Shown here: piece after piece, positions 10,485 to 19,982 of the stretch | Layout: every line of letters begins with the position of its first letter | Numbering within the stretch: the stretch's first letter is position 1 | Assembly (NCBI GenBank): GCA_963789135.1 | Contig: CAWBJJ010000002.1 | Coordinates: 23,736 to 87,735, forward strand | Reading direction: 5' to 3' | Length of the DNA stretch: 64,000 nt | DNA from: an uncultured Acidobacteriota bacterium | GTDB taxonomy: Bacteria; Actinomycetota; Acidimicrobiia; Spongiisociales; ZC4RG35 | The notes under the pieces: model-generated | What the model was told of the DNA's origin: nothing | The model's input: only the letters and a program-made list of their open reading frames with translations | The model's database searches: none | Translations under genes and position numbers: made by a program

Positions 10485-12018
10485 ATGCCGCCACAGCTGC
10501 CGTCGTCCGAACGGGAAAGCGGTCTCTATCTCGAGGCGCACTTCGAAGCTGACCTTGTCCGGATCGTGAGGTTGGAGCCCATCTCGCGCGTGTCGCGTGC
10601 GAGGCTGCGCGCCCCGATATTGACAGAGGAATACGCGAATCCGTCGAGGCCGGACGCCGCCGAGATTGTCCTGAGCATTCTCAACGCCGACTTTACCGTG
10701 CTCGATGCCTTCGCGTGGCCGCACGCTGCGCGTGCATTCTTCGATCGCCCGCGTGGCCAAAGCGAAAGTGGGGACATAGAAGGCGGACCTGTGGATGCGC
10801 GAACAACATTGCGCATCCTGCGCGTGCCCATCCGGCCCGAAGCTGAGTACTTGTTTTTCCATGGTTCGGAGTCGAAACGAATTGCCGGAACCTCCAGGCG
10901 GGCGTTTTCTCAGCGCCCGATGGGACTGTATCCGCTGCGGCCGGACGGTGCCGCCGACGCCGATTCCGCCGCCGCCGCCGCTGCCGATCCCCACGCCGAT
11001 CCCGCCGCGGTTTCTTCCGCTGCCGTACATTCCGGCGAAGGACAGGCGGCTCTGGTGGGAGAGGATGATTTCCACCATACCTCCGCGCAGCTTCGTCAAA
11101 GGCGTAGACACCCTCGTCAACAGCGGACCGCCGGCCACCTGCTTCGATGTGGTGATTCTGGGCGATGGCTTCACCGAAGGCGATCTGTCGCTCTTCAACA
11201 CGCGCGCGCAGGAGATCGCGAATGCGCTCATGACCATGCCGCCATTCAGCACGATGGCTGGCAGCATCAACATTCATGCGGTCCGTGTGGTATCCGAAGA
11301 CTCAGGCATTACCGATTGTCCAACAGCGAGCGCGATCCGCAGGACGTTCTTCGAAATGAGGGGCAACTTCAACGGTGAGGGATTCGCGGGATTCGTCGGC
11401 ACGCACGTCCCCGAACGGATCTACCTTGCCGCAGAGTGGATCGCCCCGCGCGAAGATCTCGAGGTGTTTCTCATGCTCGTTAACTGCAATATCGACGGTG
11501 GCTGCGCGTTTCCGGATCTGCAGCTGGCGTGCGGGACCATGGGCACACCGATGCCGAAGGCCGCGAACATCGCCGCCCACGAGATTGCGCATGCGGTCGC
11601 CAGGGTCTGCGAGGAGTACATCAGCTGCATCGACCACGATCCGACGTTCGTGTATCCGAATCAAGGTACCGAAGAGGAGAAACAGGCGGACACGATTCCC
11701 TGGAAGGGACTGGCTACGGCTGCCGAGCTCGATGGCAATAACGCATTCCGCGCGGTCCATGTGCTCGGCGACCCTTTCGACATCAACAACGAACCGATAG
11801 TCTCGCTGCCCCTGAGCGGCATGCTGGGCCTGTATTGGGGATGTCAGGACGGCGATCCGGACATTGCCGGGCCGGAGGCGTGCGATCCGTATCAGGATCC
11901 CCGTGGCGCCATGTTCTACCGGCCCATGGCCCGCTGCAAAATGCGACGAAGCTTCTTTCCCTTCTGCCGCGTCTGCGAAACCAAGATCGCTGAAGCCATC
12001 GTGCTGGCATCGATGTAG
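10485..12018 (+). CDS. M64 (IgA-peptidase-like) zinc metallopeptidase without a signal peptide, reading frame broken once (about 10935-10950)
   Basis: An N-terminal beta-sandwich-like domain is in frame 10485. A Pro-rich linker and the catalytic domain (VVILGDGFTEGD, HEIAH) are in frame 10795. The GC3 signal switches frame near 10945. Confidence 0.75.
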
Positions 12019-12023
12019 GACGC

Positions 12024-13613
12024 TTGGCCACATCCGACATACCTCCTGGCTCAGATCAGCTCCTGCAGCGGCCCGAAGACGGCTGTGCATTCGTCATCTT
12101 CGGTGCCAGTGGCGACCTCACGAAACGCAAGCTGATACCAGCGCTCTACAACCTCTCCTGCCAGGACCTCCTCCCGCCCGGATTCGCCGCGGTTGGCTTT
12201 GCCGTCACGCCCATCGCCGATGCTGACTTCCGGCAGCAAATGGAGCAGAGCGTCAGGCAGTCAGCGGATGTGTTGGCGTTTCGTCAGAAGTTATGGGACG
12301 AGTTCGTTCCTTCACTGCACTACCTGACGGCGGACTTCGAGCGACCGCAAGGCTATCAGCAGCTCGGCGCGCTGCTCGGTGAAATGGACGCCAGGCATGG
12401 CTGTTCCGGGAACCGGCTGTTCTACCTGGCAACTCCGCCGAGTTACTTCCCGACCATCGTCGAGAACCTTCACCGGTTCGGACTGATCAGACGAGGCATC
12501 CGCTCGACCGGCTGGACCCGTGTTGTCGTCGAAAAGCCGTTCGGCCGCGATCTGACCAGTGCGAGAAATCTCAGCGATACGCTCGAGCAGGCGCTGGACG
12601 AAGAGCAGGTTTATCGGATCGATCACTACCTCGGAAAGGATACGGTCCAGAACATCATCGCCTTTCGCTTCGCGAATTCGATCATCGAGCCGATCTGGAA
12701 TCGCAACTATATCGATCACGTGCAGATTACGGCCGGCGAAACGCTCGGCGTGGAACATCGAGGGAGGTACTACGAAGAAGCGGGATGCCTCCGCGACATG
12801 TTCCAGAACCATCTGTTGCAACTGATGGCGCTCGTGGCGATGGAGCCGCCGGCCCGCGATCACGGAGAGTCGACGCGCGATCGCAAGGCCGACGTGCTGC
12901 GCGCCATCGTTCCGATGAAGACCTCGGCGCTTTCCGAGGTGGCGGTGCGCGGGCAATACGGTCCGGGCGACGTCAACGGAGTGCAGGTGCCGGCATATCG
13001 GGCGGAGAGCGGCGTCGCCGCTGACTCCAACACCGAGACGTTTGCCGCGATCAAGCTGATGGTCGACAACTGGCGATGGGCCGGCGTGCCTTTCTATCTC
13101 CGCTCGGGCAAGAGGCTGCCTCAGAAGCTGACGGCCATCAGCATCGAGTTCAAACGTGTTCCGATCCTCTTCTTCCACGACAGGCTGCAGGATCAGATCG
13201 AGCCCAACGTATTGACGATTCGCATTCAGCCAGATGAAGGCATCGCGCTGAAGCTCGGTGCGCGGGCGCCCGGCCCGGCGATGTACGTGCGGCAGATGCT
13301 GATGAACTTTTCTTACAGCGATGCATTCGGCGAGTTTCCGGCGACCGCCTACGAGACGCTGCTGCTCGACGCCATGCTCGGTGACCTGACCCTCTTCAAC
13401 CGTCGAGATGCGGTCGACCTGTCGTGGCAGATCCTCGAACCGGTGATCGAAAGCTGGCACGACCGGGGTGATCTGGCGTCGTTTCCGAACTATGCGGCTG
13501 GAACGTGGGGCCCGGCCGCCGCTGACGCGCTCCTCACGCGCGACGGACGCAGTTGGAAGAACACGGTAAACCTGGGCCGCTTCGATGTGACCGGTGCGTC
13601 GTCCGACCGGTGA
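12024..13613 (+). CDS. zwf: glucose-6-phosphate 1-dehydrogenase
   Basis: Translation contains FVIFGASGDLTKRKLIPALY, RIDHYLGKD and EKP motifs. The TTG start is uncertain. Confidence 0.92.
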   Translation: MATSDIPPGSDQLLQRPEDGCAFVIFGASGDLTKRKLIPALYNLSCQDLLPPGFAAVGFAVTPIADADFRQQMEQSVRQSADVLAFRQKLWDEFVPSLHYLTADFERPQGYQQLGALLGEMDARHGCSGNRLFYLATPPSYFPTIVENLHRFGLIRRGIRSTGWTRVVVEKPFGRDLTSARNLSDTLEQALDEEQVYRIDHYLGKDTVQNIIAFRFANSIIEPIWNRNYIDHVQITAGETLGVEHRGRYYEEAGCLRDMFQNHLLQLMALVAMEPPARDHGESTRDRKADVLRAIVPMKTSALSEVAVRGQYGPGDVNGVQVPAYRAESGVAADSNTETFAAIKLMVDNWRWAGVPFYLRSGKRLPQKLTAISIEFKRVPILFFHDRLQDQIEPNVLTIRIQPDEGIALKLGARAPGPAMYVRQMLMNFSYSDAFGEFPATAYETLLLDAMLGDLTLFNRRDAVDLSWQILEPVIESWHDRGDLASFPNYAAGTWGPAAADALLTRDGRSWKNTVNLGRFDVTGASSDR

Positions 13614-13714
13614 GAGGGCAGCAAGCGCCTGCGGCCCGAGCGAGGCGCGGAGTCGCCGAGCGAGCGCGCTTGGGGGTGCCCGCCTTCGCTGCTCGCGGGG
13701 ATTGCGGGTGAGCA

Positions 13715-13738
13715 GCTACGGCGAGGTCTCGCCGTAGC
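13715..13738 (+). terminator. GC-rich hairpin downstream of zwf
   Basis: GCTACGGCGAG pairs with CTCGCCGTAGC in a near-perfect palindrome. There is no T-tract. Confidence 0.35.
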
Positions 13739-13796
13739 GCGCGAAGAAACGTCAGCGCGCGGAGGCGGAGGGCCCCAAGCGCATTGAGAGAAAAAA

Positions 13797-15179
13797 ATGG
13801 CCACGACCACGGAAACCGACCAGAGCGGGGAACAACAGGCGAAGTCGTTTGCACTCTTGATCTCCGTGGCAGACACCGGGACCGTCGAGGAGCTCAGGAC
13901 GGCAGTATCGGCGCTGCACCCGGCCGATGTGGCGGAGCTCATCGACCTGCTCGAGCGATCAGAGGCCAGGAACAGGGTATTCGGCGTCCTGGCTCCCGCT
14001 GTTGCGGGGGAGGTTCTGAGCCTGATCTCGCCGCTCGCGCGCGAGAAAATTCTTCAGGACCTCTCCGAGGATCAGGTGCGGCGCATCCTGGAGGACCTGG
14101 ATTCCGACGACGCCGCCGACCTTCTGGCATCGATTCCGAGCGAGCGCGCTCAAAGTATCCTGGCCGGACTGCCCGGACCGCTCTCGGCGCGCATCCAGCA
14201 ACTGTTGCGCTATCCGCCGGATACCGCCGGCGGCCTGATGCAGACGGAGTATGCCGCCGTTCTTGAAGGCGCAACGGTCGAAGAGGCGGTCGAGATCGTC
14301 CGCACGCTAGCCGAGGCTGTCTCCGACATCCACAACGTATTCGTCGTCGATCATCGATTTCACCTGTTGGGCGTGCTGCCGCTGTCACGGCTGATTCTTG
14401 CGCGCGCGGGCGAGACAGTGGACGCGGTCATGGACCGCCAGGTGATTTCCGTCACCGTCAACACGGACCAGGAACAAGTCGCGCAACTCTTCAGGAAGTA
14501 CGACCTTCTCTCGCTGCCGGTCACCGATCCGCGAGGAGCGCTGCTCGGCCGCATCACGATTGATGACGTCGTCGACGTGCTCGAAGAAGAGGCGAGCGAG
14601 GACTTCGCGAAGCTCTCGGGTCTCGGTCAGGAAGAGCCCATCTTCGATTCACCGATGCGCGCCATTCGCCGGCGACTCCCATGGCTCGGTCTGAACCTCG
14701 TGACGACGAGCGTGAGTGCCAGCGTCATCGGTCTCTTTCAAGGCACCATCCAGACGATAGCGGTCGCCGCGGCATTGATGACAATCGTCGCCGCGCAGGG
14801 AGGAAATGCCGGAGTGCAGACGCTCACGGTCATGGTTCGCGGGTTGGCTCTGGGACAGGTCACTGTCGTTCACGCCCGCGCGATCCTGTTCAAAGAGCTC
14901 GCGGTGGCCTGCGGCAACGGCGTGGCATTGGGTCTGGCCGCCGGCGTGGCCGGCTACGTGCTGCACCGGCAGGCACTCCTGGCCGTCGTCCTCGGATTGG
15001 CGCTGTTGGTGAACTACCTGGTCGCCGCTCTGGTGGCGAGCCTCATTCCGCTCACCTTGCACTGGCTCCGCTTGGATCCCGCCGTCGCCTCCAGCGTCTT
15101 CGTCACGGCGTGTACGGATCTGTGCGGGTTCTTCTCGTTTCTCGGGCTGCTGACGATCGGGTTGCGGTACTTCGGGTAA
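13797..15179 (+). CDS. mgtE: magnesium transporter MgtE
   Basis: The translation has an MgtE N-domain, tandem CBS region and five C-terminal TM helices. Confidence 0.92.
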   Translation: MATTTETDQSGEQQAKSFALLISVADTGTVEELRTAVSALHPADVAELIDLLERSEARNRVFGVLAPAVAGEVLSLISPLAREKILQDLSEDQVRRILEDLDSDDAADLLASIPSERAQSILAGLPGPLSARIQQLLRYPPDTAGGLMQTEYAAVLEGATVEEAVEIVRTLAEAVSDIHNVFVVDHRFHLLGVLPLSRLILARAGETVDAVMDRQVISVTVNTDQEQVAQLFRKYDLLSLPVTDPRGALLGRITIDDVVDVLEEEASEDFAKLSGLGQEEPIFDSPMRAIRRRLPWLGLNLVTTSVSASVIGLFQGTIQTIAVAAALMTIVAAQGGNAGVQTLTVMVRGLALGQVTVVHARAILFKELAVACGNGVALGLAAGVAGYVLHRQALLAVVLGLALLVNYLVAALVASLIPLTLHWLRLDPAVASSVFVTACTDLCGFFSFLGLLTIGLRYFG

Positions 15180-15237
15180 GGAAAGGAGGAAGGAAGAAGG
15201 ATCGCTTCATCCTTCCTCCTTCCTCCTTCTTCCTTTC
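15180..15237. terminator. polypurine/polypyrimidine hairpin between convergent mgtE and the STAS gene
   Basis: GGAAAGGAGGAAGGAAGAAGGA - loop - TCATCCTTCCTCCTTCCTCCTTCTTCCTTTC. It shares a 19-mer with the element at 27537-27603. Confidence 0.55.
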
Positions 15238-15576
15238 TTACTGCGAGAACGACCGGATCGCCTCGTCCTTCGTACCGCAGATATCGAATATCTTGTGCAT
15301 CCGGACCAGCTCGAAGAGCGCGCGGACCGGTTTCGTCATCCCACACAGCTTCAAATCCCCGCCGGTCGCGTTCAGTTGCCGCAGCGATGACAGGAACGCG
15401 CCGAGACCCGAGCTGTCGACGAAACGCAGCTCGGCGAGATCGAAGATCACCTTGCTCCGTGGTTCGAGCAGCGGCGCAATATCCCGTTTGAACTCCTTGG
15501 CATTGCTGGCGTCGAGCTGCTCACCCGGCAGGATCACGACCATCACGTCACCGATCTTCTCCGTCGTCAGCTCCAT
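15238..15576 (-). CDS. STAS-domain anti-sigma-factor antagonist (SpoIIAA/RsbV-like)
   Basis: The 112-aa ORF has the motif FVDSSGLG containing the phosphorylatable Ser. Confidence 0.88.
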   Translation of the reverse strand: MELTTEKIGDVMVVILPGEQLDASNAKEFKRDIAPLLEPRSKVIFDLAELRFVDSSGLGAFLSSLRQLNATGGDLKLCGMTKPVRALFELVRMHKIFDICGTKDEAIRSFSQ

Positions 15577-15591
15577 TGCCCTACTCCCTCT

Positions 15592-17211
15592 TCAGGCCAA
15601 CTTCCGGTTCTTGACCATCGAAATGCAGTTTCGCCCGCGCTCATCGCGGTGGTAGCGGACCTCGTCGACGGAGCGCTCGATGATGAACATTCCGAAGCCG
15701 CCCTCTTGAGTACCATCGAACTTCGGTGAGTTCACCGCGTCAGGATCGAAGGTTTCGCCGAGGTGGTGCAGGCGCAGGACGATGCGATCGTGAAACACTT
15801 CCGCATCCAGTTGGATGCGTTGGTCGGTGCGACCGTTGTACGCGTGCCTCATGACGTTGCTGGCCGCTTCCGTCATCGCGAGCTCGAGCTGGGCGACCGC
15901 TTCTTCGTCGAACGCTGGCGCCGGCAGCCTCTGGCAGACATCCCGGACGAAGGCCCGCACCCGCGCCAGCTCGTTCAGATCGCTCGAGATGTCCATCTCC
16001 GCACGGGCGAGGGGCAGCTCGCGCTCCTCAATCCGGACGGCGACGCACGTCAAGTCGTCGCCAAACGTCTCCGAGTTCGAAAAGGCCACGGCGGCCTGGC
16101 GGATCTGATCGATCAACGCCTCGGGTTCGAGCTGTCCGTAGGTTGTCAGACACTCGGCCAGACGCTCTATGCCGAACAGCTCGCCGTCGCTATTTCGGGT
16201 TTCCGTCAGTCCATCCGAGTAGAAGAGGAGGACGTCACCGGGCTCCAGTGACACGCGGACCTGATCGTAAATCTCACGCTCGCGGACGCCCAATGGCAGG
16301 TTCATGCCCTGCAGCATGGCGCAGGTCCCCGTGCTCGCCTGGTAATGAATCGTCGTCGTGTGACCACAATCCACGAAGTCAACGTGACGGTTCTCGAGAT
16401 CGAAGCGGGCGTAGCACACGGTGACGAAACTTTCGAGCTCGATCAGCTGCCGCGCGACTTCCGAGTGGGCCATCGTGACGATGTCTTTCGGTTCGGGCAG
16501 GGTGCCCGGCGGCGCCAGTGAGATCAACCGGCTCAGGGCTTGAAGAAAATGGCTCTTGGTCGCCGCGCCGAGCAGTGCGGCCGGGATCCCTTTGCCCATG
16601 ACGTCGCCGACGATGACGTCGAGGCAGTCGTCGCGGTGCTTGAAGAAATCGTAGAAGTCGCCGTCGATGCGCTGCGAGGGAATCGTGAGCGCGGCCACAC
16701 GCACGCCCGGCACGTCTCGGGGCGGCTGGTCGAGGAGCAGGGTCTGCTGGATCTTGAAGCCGATCTCGACTTCCTGCTCGCGCGCGCGTGCGAGCTCCTC
16801 TTGCGCTCGTTTGCGCTCGGTGATGTCTTCGGAGATGCCGACGAGATACTTCGGCGTGCCATCGGCGCCGAGCACGGGCACTTTGATGGTGTGCAGATAG
16901 CGGAGACCCCGATGCGCGGTCTGGATGGCCTCTTCGGGAATCTCGACCATCCGCCCGCCGTCCAACACGGCGCGGTCTTTCGCGACGAAGAAGTTGGCCT
17001 GTTCCTCGGGAAAGAAATCGTAATCGCTTCGTCCGATTGCCGCGCTGCGATCGATGCCGAGCGCCTCTTCCTCCGCTCTGTTCCAGCGAATGAACTTCAG
17101 GTCCTTGGCGTCCTTGACGAAGAGCATGACCGGCAGATTTTCGAGCACCGAGTCGAGAAAACTCCGCGCATCTTCGAGCTCGGCCGTCCGCTTGGCCAGC
17201 GCTTCTTCCAT
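15592..17211 (-). CDS. PAS - PP2C (SpoIIE-type) phosphatase - HATPase_c (RsbW-like kinase) fusion protein
   Basis: PAS region (FIRWNRAEEEALG), PP2C motifs (DGDFYDF, GDVMGKG, FYSDGLTE) and a C-terminal ATPase-like segment are present. It lies 15 nt upstream of the STAS gene. Confidence 0.85.
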   Translation of the reverse strand: MEEALAKRTAELEDARSFLDSVLENLPVMLFVKDAKDLKFIRWNRAEEEALGIDRSAAIGRSDYDFFPEEQANFFVAKDRAVLDGGRMVEIPEEAIQTAHRGLRYLHTIKVPVLGADGTPKYLVGISEDITERKRAQEELARAREQEVEIGFKIQQTLLLDQPPRDVPGVRVAALTIPSQRIDGDFYDFFKHRDDCLDVIVGDVMGKGIPAALLGAATKSHFLQALSRLISLAPPGTLPEPKDIVTMAHSEVARQLIELESFVTVCYARFDLENRHVDFVDCGHTTTIHYQASTGTCAMLQGMNLPLGVREREIYDQVRVSLEPGDVLLFYSDGLTETRNSDGELFGIERLAECLTTYGQLEPEALIDQIRQAAVAFSNSETFGDDLTCVAVRIEERELPLARAEMDISSDLNELARVRAFVRDVCQRLPAPAFDEEAVAQLELAMTEAASNVMRHAYNGRTDQRIQLDAEVFHDRIVLRLHHLGETFDPDAVNSPKFDGTQEGGFGMFIIERSVDEVRYHRDERGRNCISMVKNRKLA

Positions 17212-17252
17212 CCGCTGCTGTTCGCGTCAGGTTCTCTTACATCGTTGCTCGT

Positions 17253-17308
17253 GGCTCGGGGCTCGGGGCTCGGGCTCGGGGCTCGGGGCTCGGGGCTCGG
17301 GGCCTCGA
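17253..17308 (+). repeat. GGCTCGG heptamer microsatellite (about 7.5 units), G-quadruplex-capable
   Basis: GGCTCGGGGCTCGGGGCTCGGGCTCGGGGCTCGGGGCTCGGGGCTCGGGGCC read directly, 42-97 nt upstream of the start of the PP2C fusion gene. Confidence 0.9.
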
Positions 17309-17314
17309 GCTCGC

Positions 17315-17358
17315 CGTAGCTTAAGCGGAGTCTCAAGCTTCGCATCGTAGCTTAAGCG
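17315..17358 (+). repeat. direct repeat of the 13-mer CGTAGCTTAAGCG (17315-17327 and 17346-17358), each containing the palindrome GCTTAAGC
   Basis: Read directly. AAGCTT lies between the copies. Confidence 0.8.
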
Positions 17359-17370
17359 TAGGTGGGCGGC

Positions 17371-17538
17371 ATGCTAGCACGACAGCTCGCGGCACTCGCT
17401 GGCCGGCGCAACCCACGACGTGCCTATCTCGTCCAGGGAGCGTTGACCCTAGTCATCGTCGCGCTCGCCGCTACCTGGATTCCGGCGCGCGCCGCGACGA
17501 GAGTGGATCCGCTGCAAGCTGTTCGCGCCGACGGTTGA
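17371..17538 (+). pseudogene. relic of the last 55 codons of an FtsX/ADOP permease gene
   Basis: Translation is [55 protein letters not shown], i.e. the final TM helix plus the conserved ...PArRAarVDP... tail. The rest of the gene is absent, and the relic overlaps the tctA 3' end in antisense. Confidence 0.7.
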
Positions 17539-19014
17539 TGTGAGCCGGCGAAGTTGCGGGCCGGCGAGCACCACGAGCGCAAGCGCAAGCAGGAGCGCGG
17601 AAATCGGACGCGTGAAAAATATCGTCAGATCCCCTTCACCGATGGCCAGACTCCGGCGAAACTGCTGCTCCGCCAGCGGTCCGAGGACGAGACCGAGAAC
17701 GGCGGGGACGAGCGGCACGTCGTTGATCCTCATTACACAACCGACCGCACCGACAAGGTAGAGCAACGCCAAGTCGAGCAGCGAACGGTTGAACGTATAG
17801 GCGCCGATGGAAGCCAGGACGAGGATGCCGGCGAAGAGGAGCGGTCTCGGTACGAGCATGACTCTCGCCCACACGCCGGCGAGCGGCAGGTTCAAGACGA
17901 GCAGCATGACGTTGCCGACATAGAGACTTGCGATGAGCGTCCACACCAGGTCAGGGCGTGCCGAGAAGAGAAGCGGGCCAGGTTGAAGTCCGAACTGCTG
18001 GAAGGCCGCCAGGAGCACGGCCGCTGTGGCGGATGCGGGAATGCCCAGCGTGAGGAGCGGGACGAGGACGCCGGCAGCAGCGGCGTTGTTGGCCGCCTCT
18101 GGACCGGCAACGCCTTCGATGGCGCCGTGGCCGAACTCCTCCGGCCGATCGCTCAGGCGCTTCTCGGTCATGTATGAAAGGAAGGTGGGAATTTCCGTTC
18201 CGCCGCACGGCAGCACGCCGAGCGGAAAGCCAATCGCGGTCCCGCGCAGCCACGGCTTCCAGGACCGGCTCCACTCTTCGCGTGTCATCCCGATGGCACG
18301 TTGCAATGGCACGGGCGTGAAGTCCTCTCGGCCGTAGCGCCACGCCTGATACATCGTTTCGCCGACCGCAAACAGTCCCATCACCAGGATCACGACATCG
18401 ATGCCGTCGAGAAGCTGCGGAATGCCGAAGGAGAATCGCGCTTCGCCGGTGAGCTGATCGATCCCGATCAGGCCCAGCGCAAGGCCAAGAAACAGGCTGA
18501 AGAGCCCGCGTGCCAGGGATCCGCCGAGCAGTACCGTCACCGTGGTGAACGCGAGAACCGTGACGGCGAAGTACTCCGCCGGACCGAATCGCAGGGCGGC
18601 CGCGGCGAGCGGCGGCGCGAAAAACGTGAGGGCAATCGTCGACAGCGTGCCGGCGACGAACGATCCGATCGCGGCCGTGGTCAGTGCTGCGGCGCCACGC
18701 CCCTGCCGGGCCATGGCGTGGCCATCGATGGACGTGGCGATGGCGCCGGTTTCGCCTGGCGTGTTCAGCAGGATGCTGGTCGTGGATCCGCCGTACATCG
18801 CGCCGTAGTAGATGCCGCCGAACATGATGAACGCGCTCGTCGGATCCAGATTGAAGGTAATCGGCAGCAGCAGCGCGACGGTCATGGCCGGTCCGATACC
18901 CGGCAGCACACCGACGGCCGTGCCGAGTGTGACCCCGGCAAGCGCCCAAAGCAGGTGAGTCAGCGTCAGCGCACGGGTAAAACCGTCTGCGAGTGCCGTC
19001 AGTGTGTCGAGCAA
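17449..19014 (-). CDS. tctA: tripartite tricarboxylate transporter large permease TctA
   Basis: The 521-aa polytopic protein carries GVLPGIGP and LNTPGE motifs. The last ~30 codons read antisense through the permease relic and are probably not native. Confidence 0.88.
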   Translation of the reverse strand: MLDTLTALADGFTRALTLTHLLWALAGVTLGTAVGVLPGIGPAMTVALLLPITFNLDPTSAFIMFGGIYYGAMYGGSTTSILLNTPGETGAIATSIDGHAMARQGRGAAALTTAAIGSFVAGTLSTIALTFFAPPLAAAALRFGPAEYFAVTVLAFTTVTVLLGGSLARGLFSLFLGLALGLIGIDQLTGEARFSFGIPQLLDGIDVVILVMGLFAVGETMYQAWRYGREDFTPVPLQRAIGMTREEWSRSWKPWLRGTAIGFPLGVLPCGGTEIPTFLSYMTEKRLSDRPEEFGHGAIEGVAGPEAANNAAAAGVLVPLLTLGIPASATAAVLLAAFQQFGLQPGPLLFSARPDLVWTLIASLYVGNVMLLVLNLPLAGVWARVMLVPRPLLFAGILVLASIGAYTFNRSLLDLALLYLVGAVGCVMRINDVPLVPAVLGLVLGPLAEQQFRRSLAIGEGDLTIFFTRPISALLLALALVVLAGPQLRRLTSTVGANSLQRIHSRRGARRNPGSGERDDD

Positions 19015-19020
19015 GTCAGC

Positions 19021-19854
19021 TCACAGCAGCCGTGCCAGCGGCCCCAACGGCAGCGGCAGTTGCAGCACGCGCGCGAAAAGCACGTACGCGCCGATCGCTA
19101 TTCCCACGGCAAGGATCGCGTCACGAAGGGGACGGCTCGGATCGAAGGCACGGGCGGTGAACCAGAAGAGAACGGCTGACGCCAGCACGAAGCCGGCCCA
19201 TTCCGCCAGGATGAGATTCAACACGATTCCCGCGGTCAGGAGCGCGACCGGCCGCCAGCCGGCCCACTCGCGGGTCGGGACCGCGCTGCTTGCAGTGCGG
19301 CGTCCCTGAACAACTGCGGCAATGGCCGTCAATACGAGGCCGGCGAGAACGAAGAGGGGATACGTCCGGGCGGATGCGCTGCCGGCGCCTGCGCTCGAAC
19401 GTCCAAAGTCTCGAAGGATGCGCTCCACGCGCGTCTTCTCGGCTGAGACGAACTCGGCAAACGGTCGGCCCGCCAGATGGCGATCGAGCCAGCGGTAGCG
19501 AGTCAGAGCATCGTGCCACTCCCTGGACCGAACCATATCGGCGACGAGCGCTTCGAGACGATCGCGATCGCTCTTGCTGATTCCGGGAGGAGCAACGAGC
19601 GAGCGCCAGTTCTCGAATTCGACGTCGACACCTTGCTCGCGCAGCGTTGGCAGCTCCAGACCGGGCAGACGATCCGCGCTCGAGATCGCCAGGGCGCGGA
19701 TCGTGCCCGCCTCGATGTGCGGAGCGAACTCGGCCAGGCCACTGACACCGACGTTCACCTGTCCGCCGACGAGTGCCGCGAGCGATTCACCCCCTCCGGA
19801 AAACGCCACATAGTTGACGCGCGCTGCCGGTACCCCGACGGCAACGGCAACCAA
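19021..19854 (-). CDS. N-terminally truncated TctC (Bug-family binding protein) fused in frame to TctB (4 TM)
   Basis: The TctC C-terminal half ([20 protein letters not shown]...[17 protein letters not shown]) runs without a stop into a 4-TM TctB-like segment. TctC similarity fades by about 19890. There is no signal peptide or N-terminal lobe. Confidence 0.7.
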   Translation of the reverse strand: MVAVAVGVPAARVNYVAFSGGGESLAALVGGQVNVGVSGLAEFAPHIEAGTIRALAISSADRLPGLELPTLREQGVDVEFENWRSLVAPPGISKSDRDRLEALVADMVRSREWHDALTRYRWLDRHLAGRPFAEFVSAEKTRVERILRDFGRSSAGAGSASARTYPLFVLAGLVLTAIAAVVQGRRTASSAVPTREWAGWRPVALLTAGIVLNLILAEWAGFVLASAVLFWFTARAFDPSRPLRDAILAVGIAIGAYVLFARVLQLPLPLGPLARLL

Positions 19855-19982
19855 ACCAGCGAGAATCTGATCGCCGCCACGGTCTGACCCGGATCGCGAT
19901 CGCGTCGGGCGAGCCGGCCGCGACGCGTCCCGCCGCGCAATCGCGAGTCAACGCACCGGTTGGCACGCGCGAAACCGCGCTG

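Noticed and set aside
10795-10947. ATG 10795 start giving a Cys-rich N-terminus (MREQHCASCACPSG...) for the M64 peptidase as an independent gene.
   Set aside because: Third-position GC bias favours the 10485 frame up to about 10945. That frame also encodes a plausible M64 N-terminal domain. One frame-broken gene is more parsimonious than two overlapping genes.
13614-13796. Possible M-box (Mg2+) riboswitch upstream of mgtE.
   Set aside because: I could not recognise the conserved M-box core helices by eye. I saw only simple GC hairpins. A covariance-model search (Rfam RF00380) would be needed.
17253-17358. Tandem repeats considered as a possible CRISPR array.
   Set aside because: The units are 7 nt and 13 nt with no spacers of CRISPR size, and there are no cas genes in the window.
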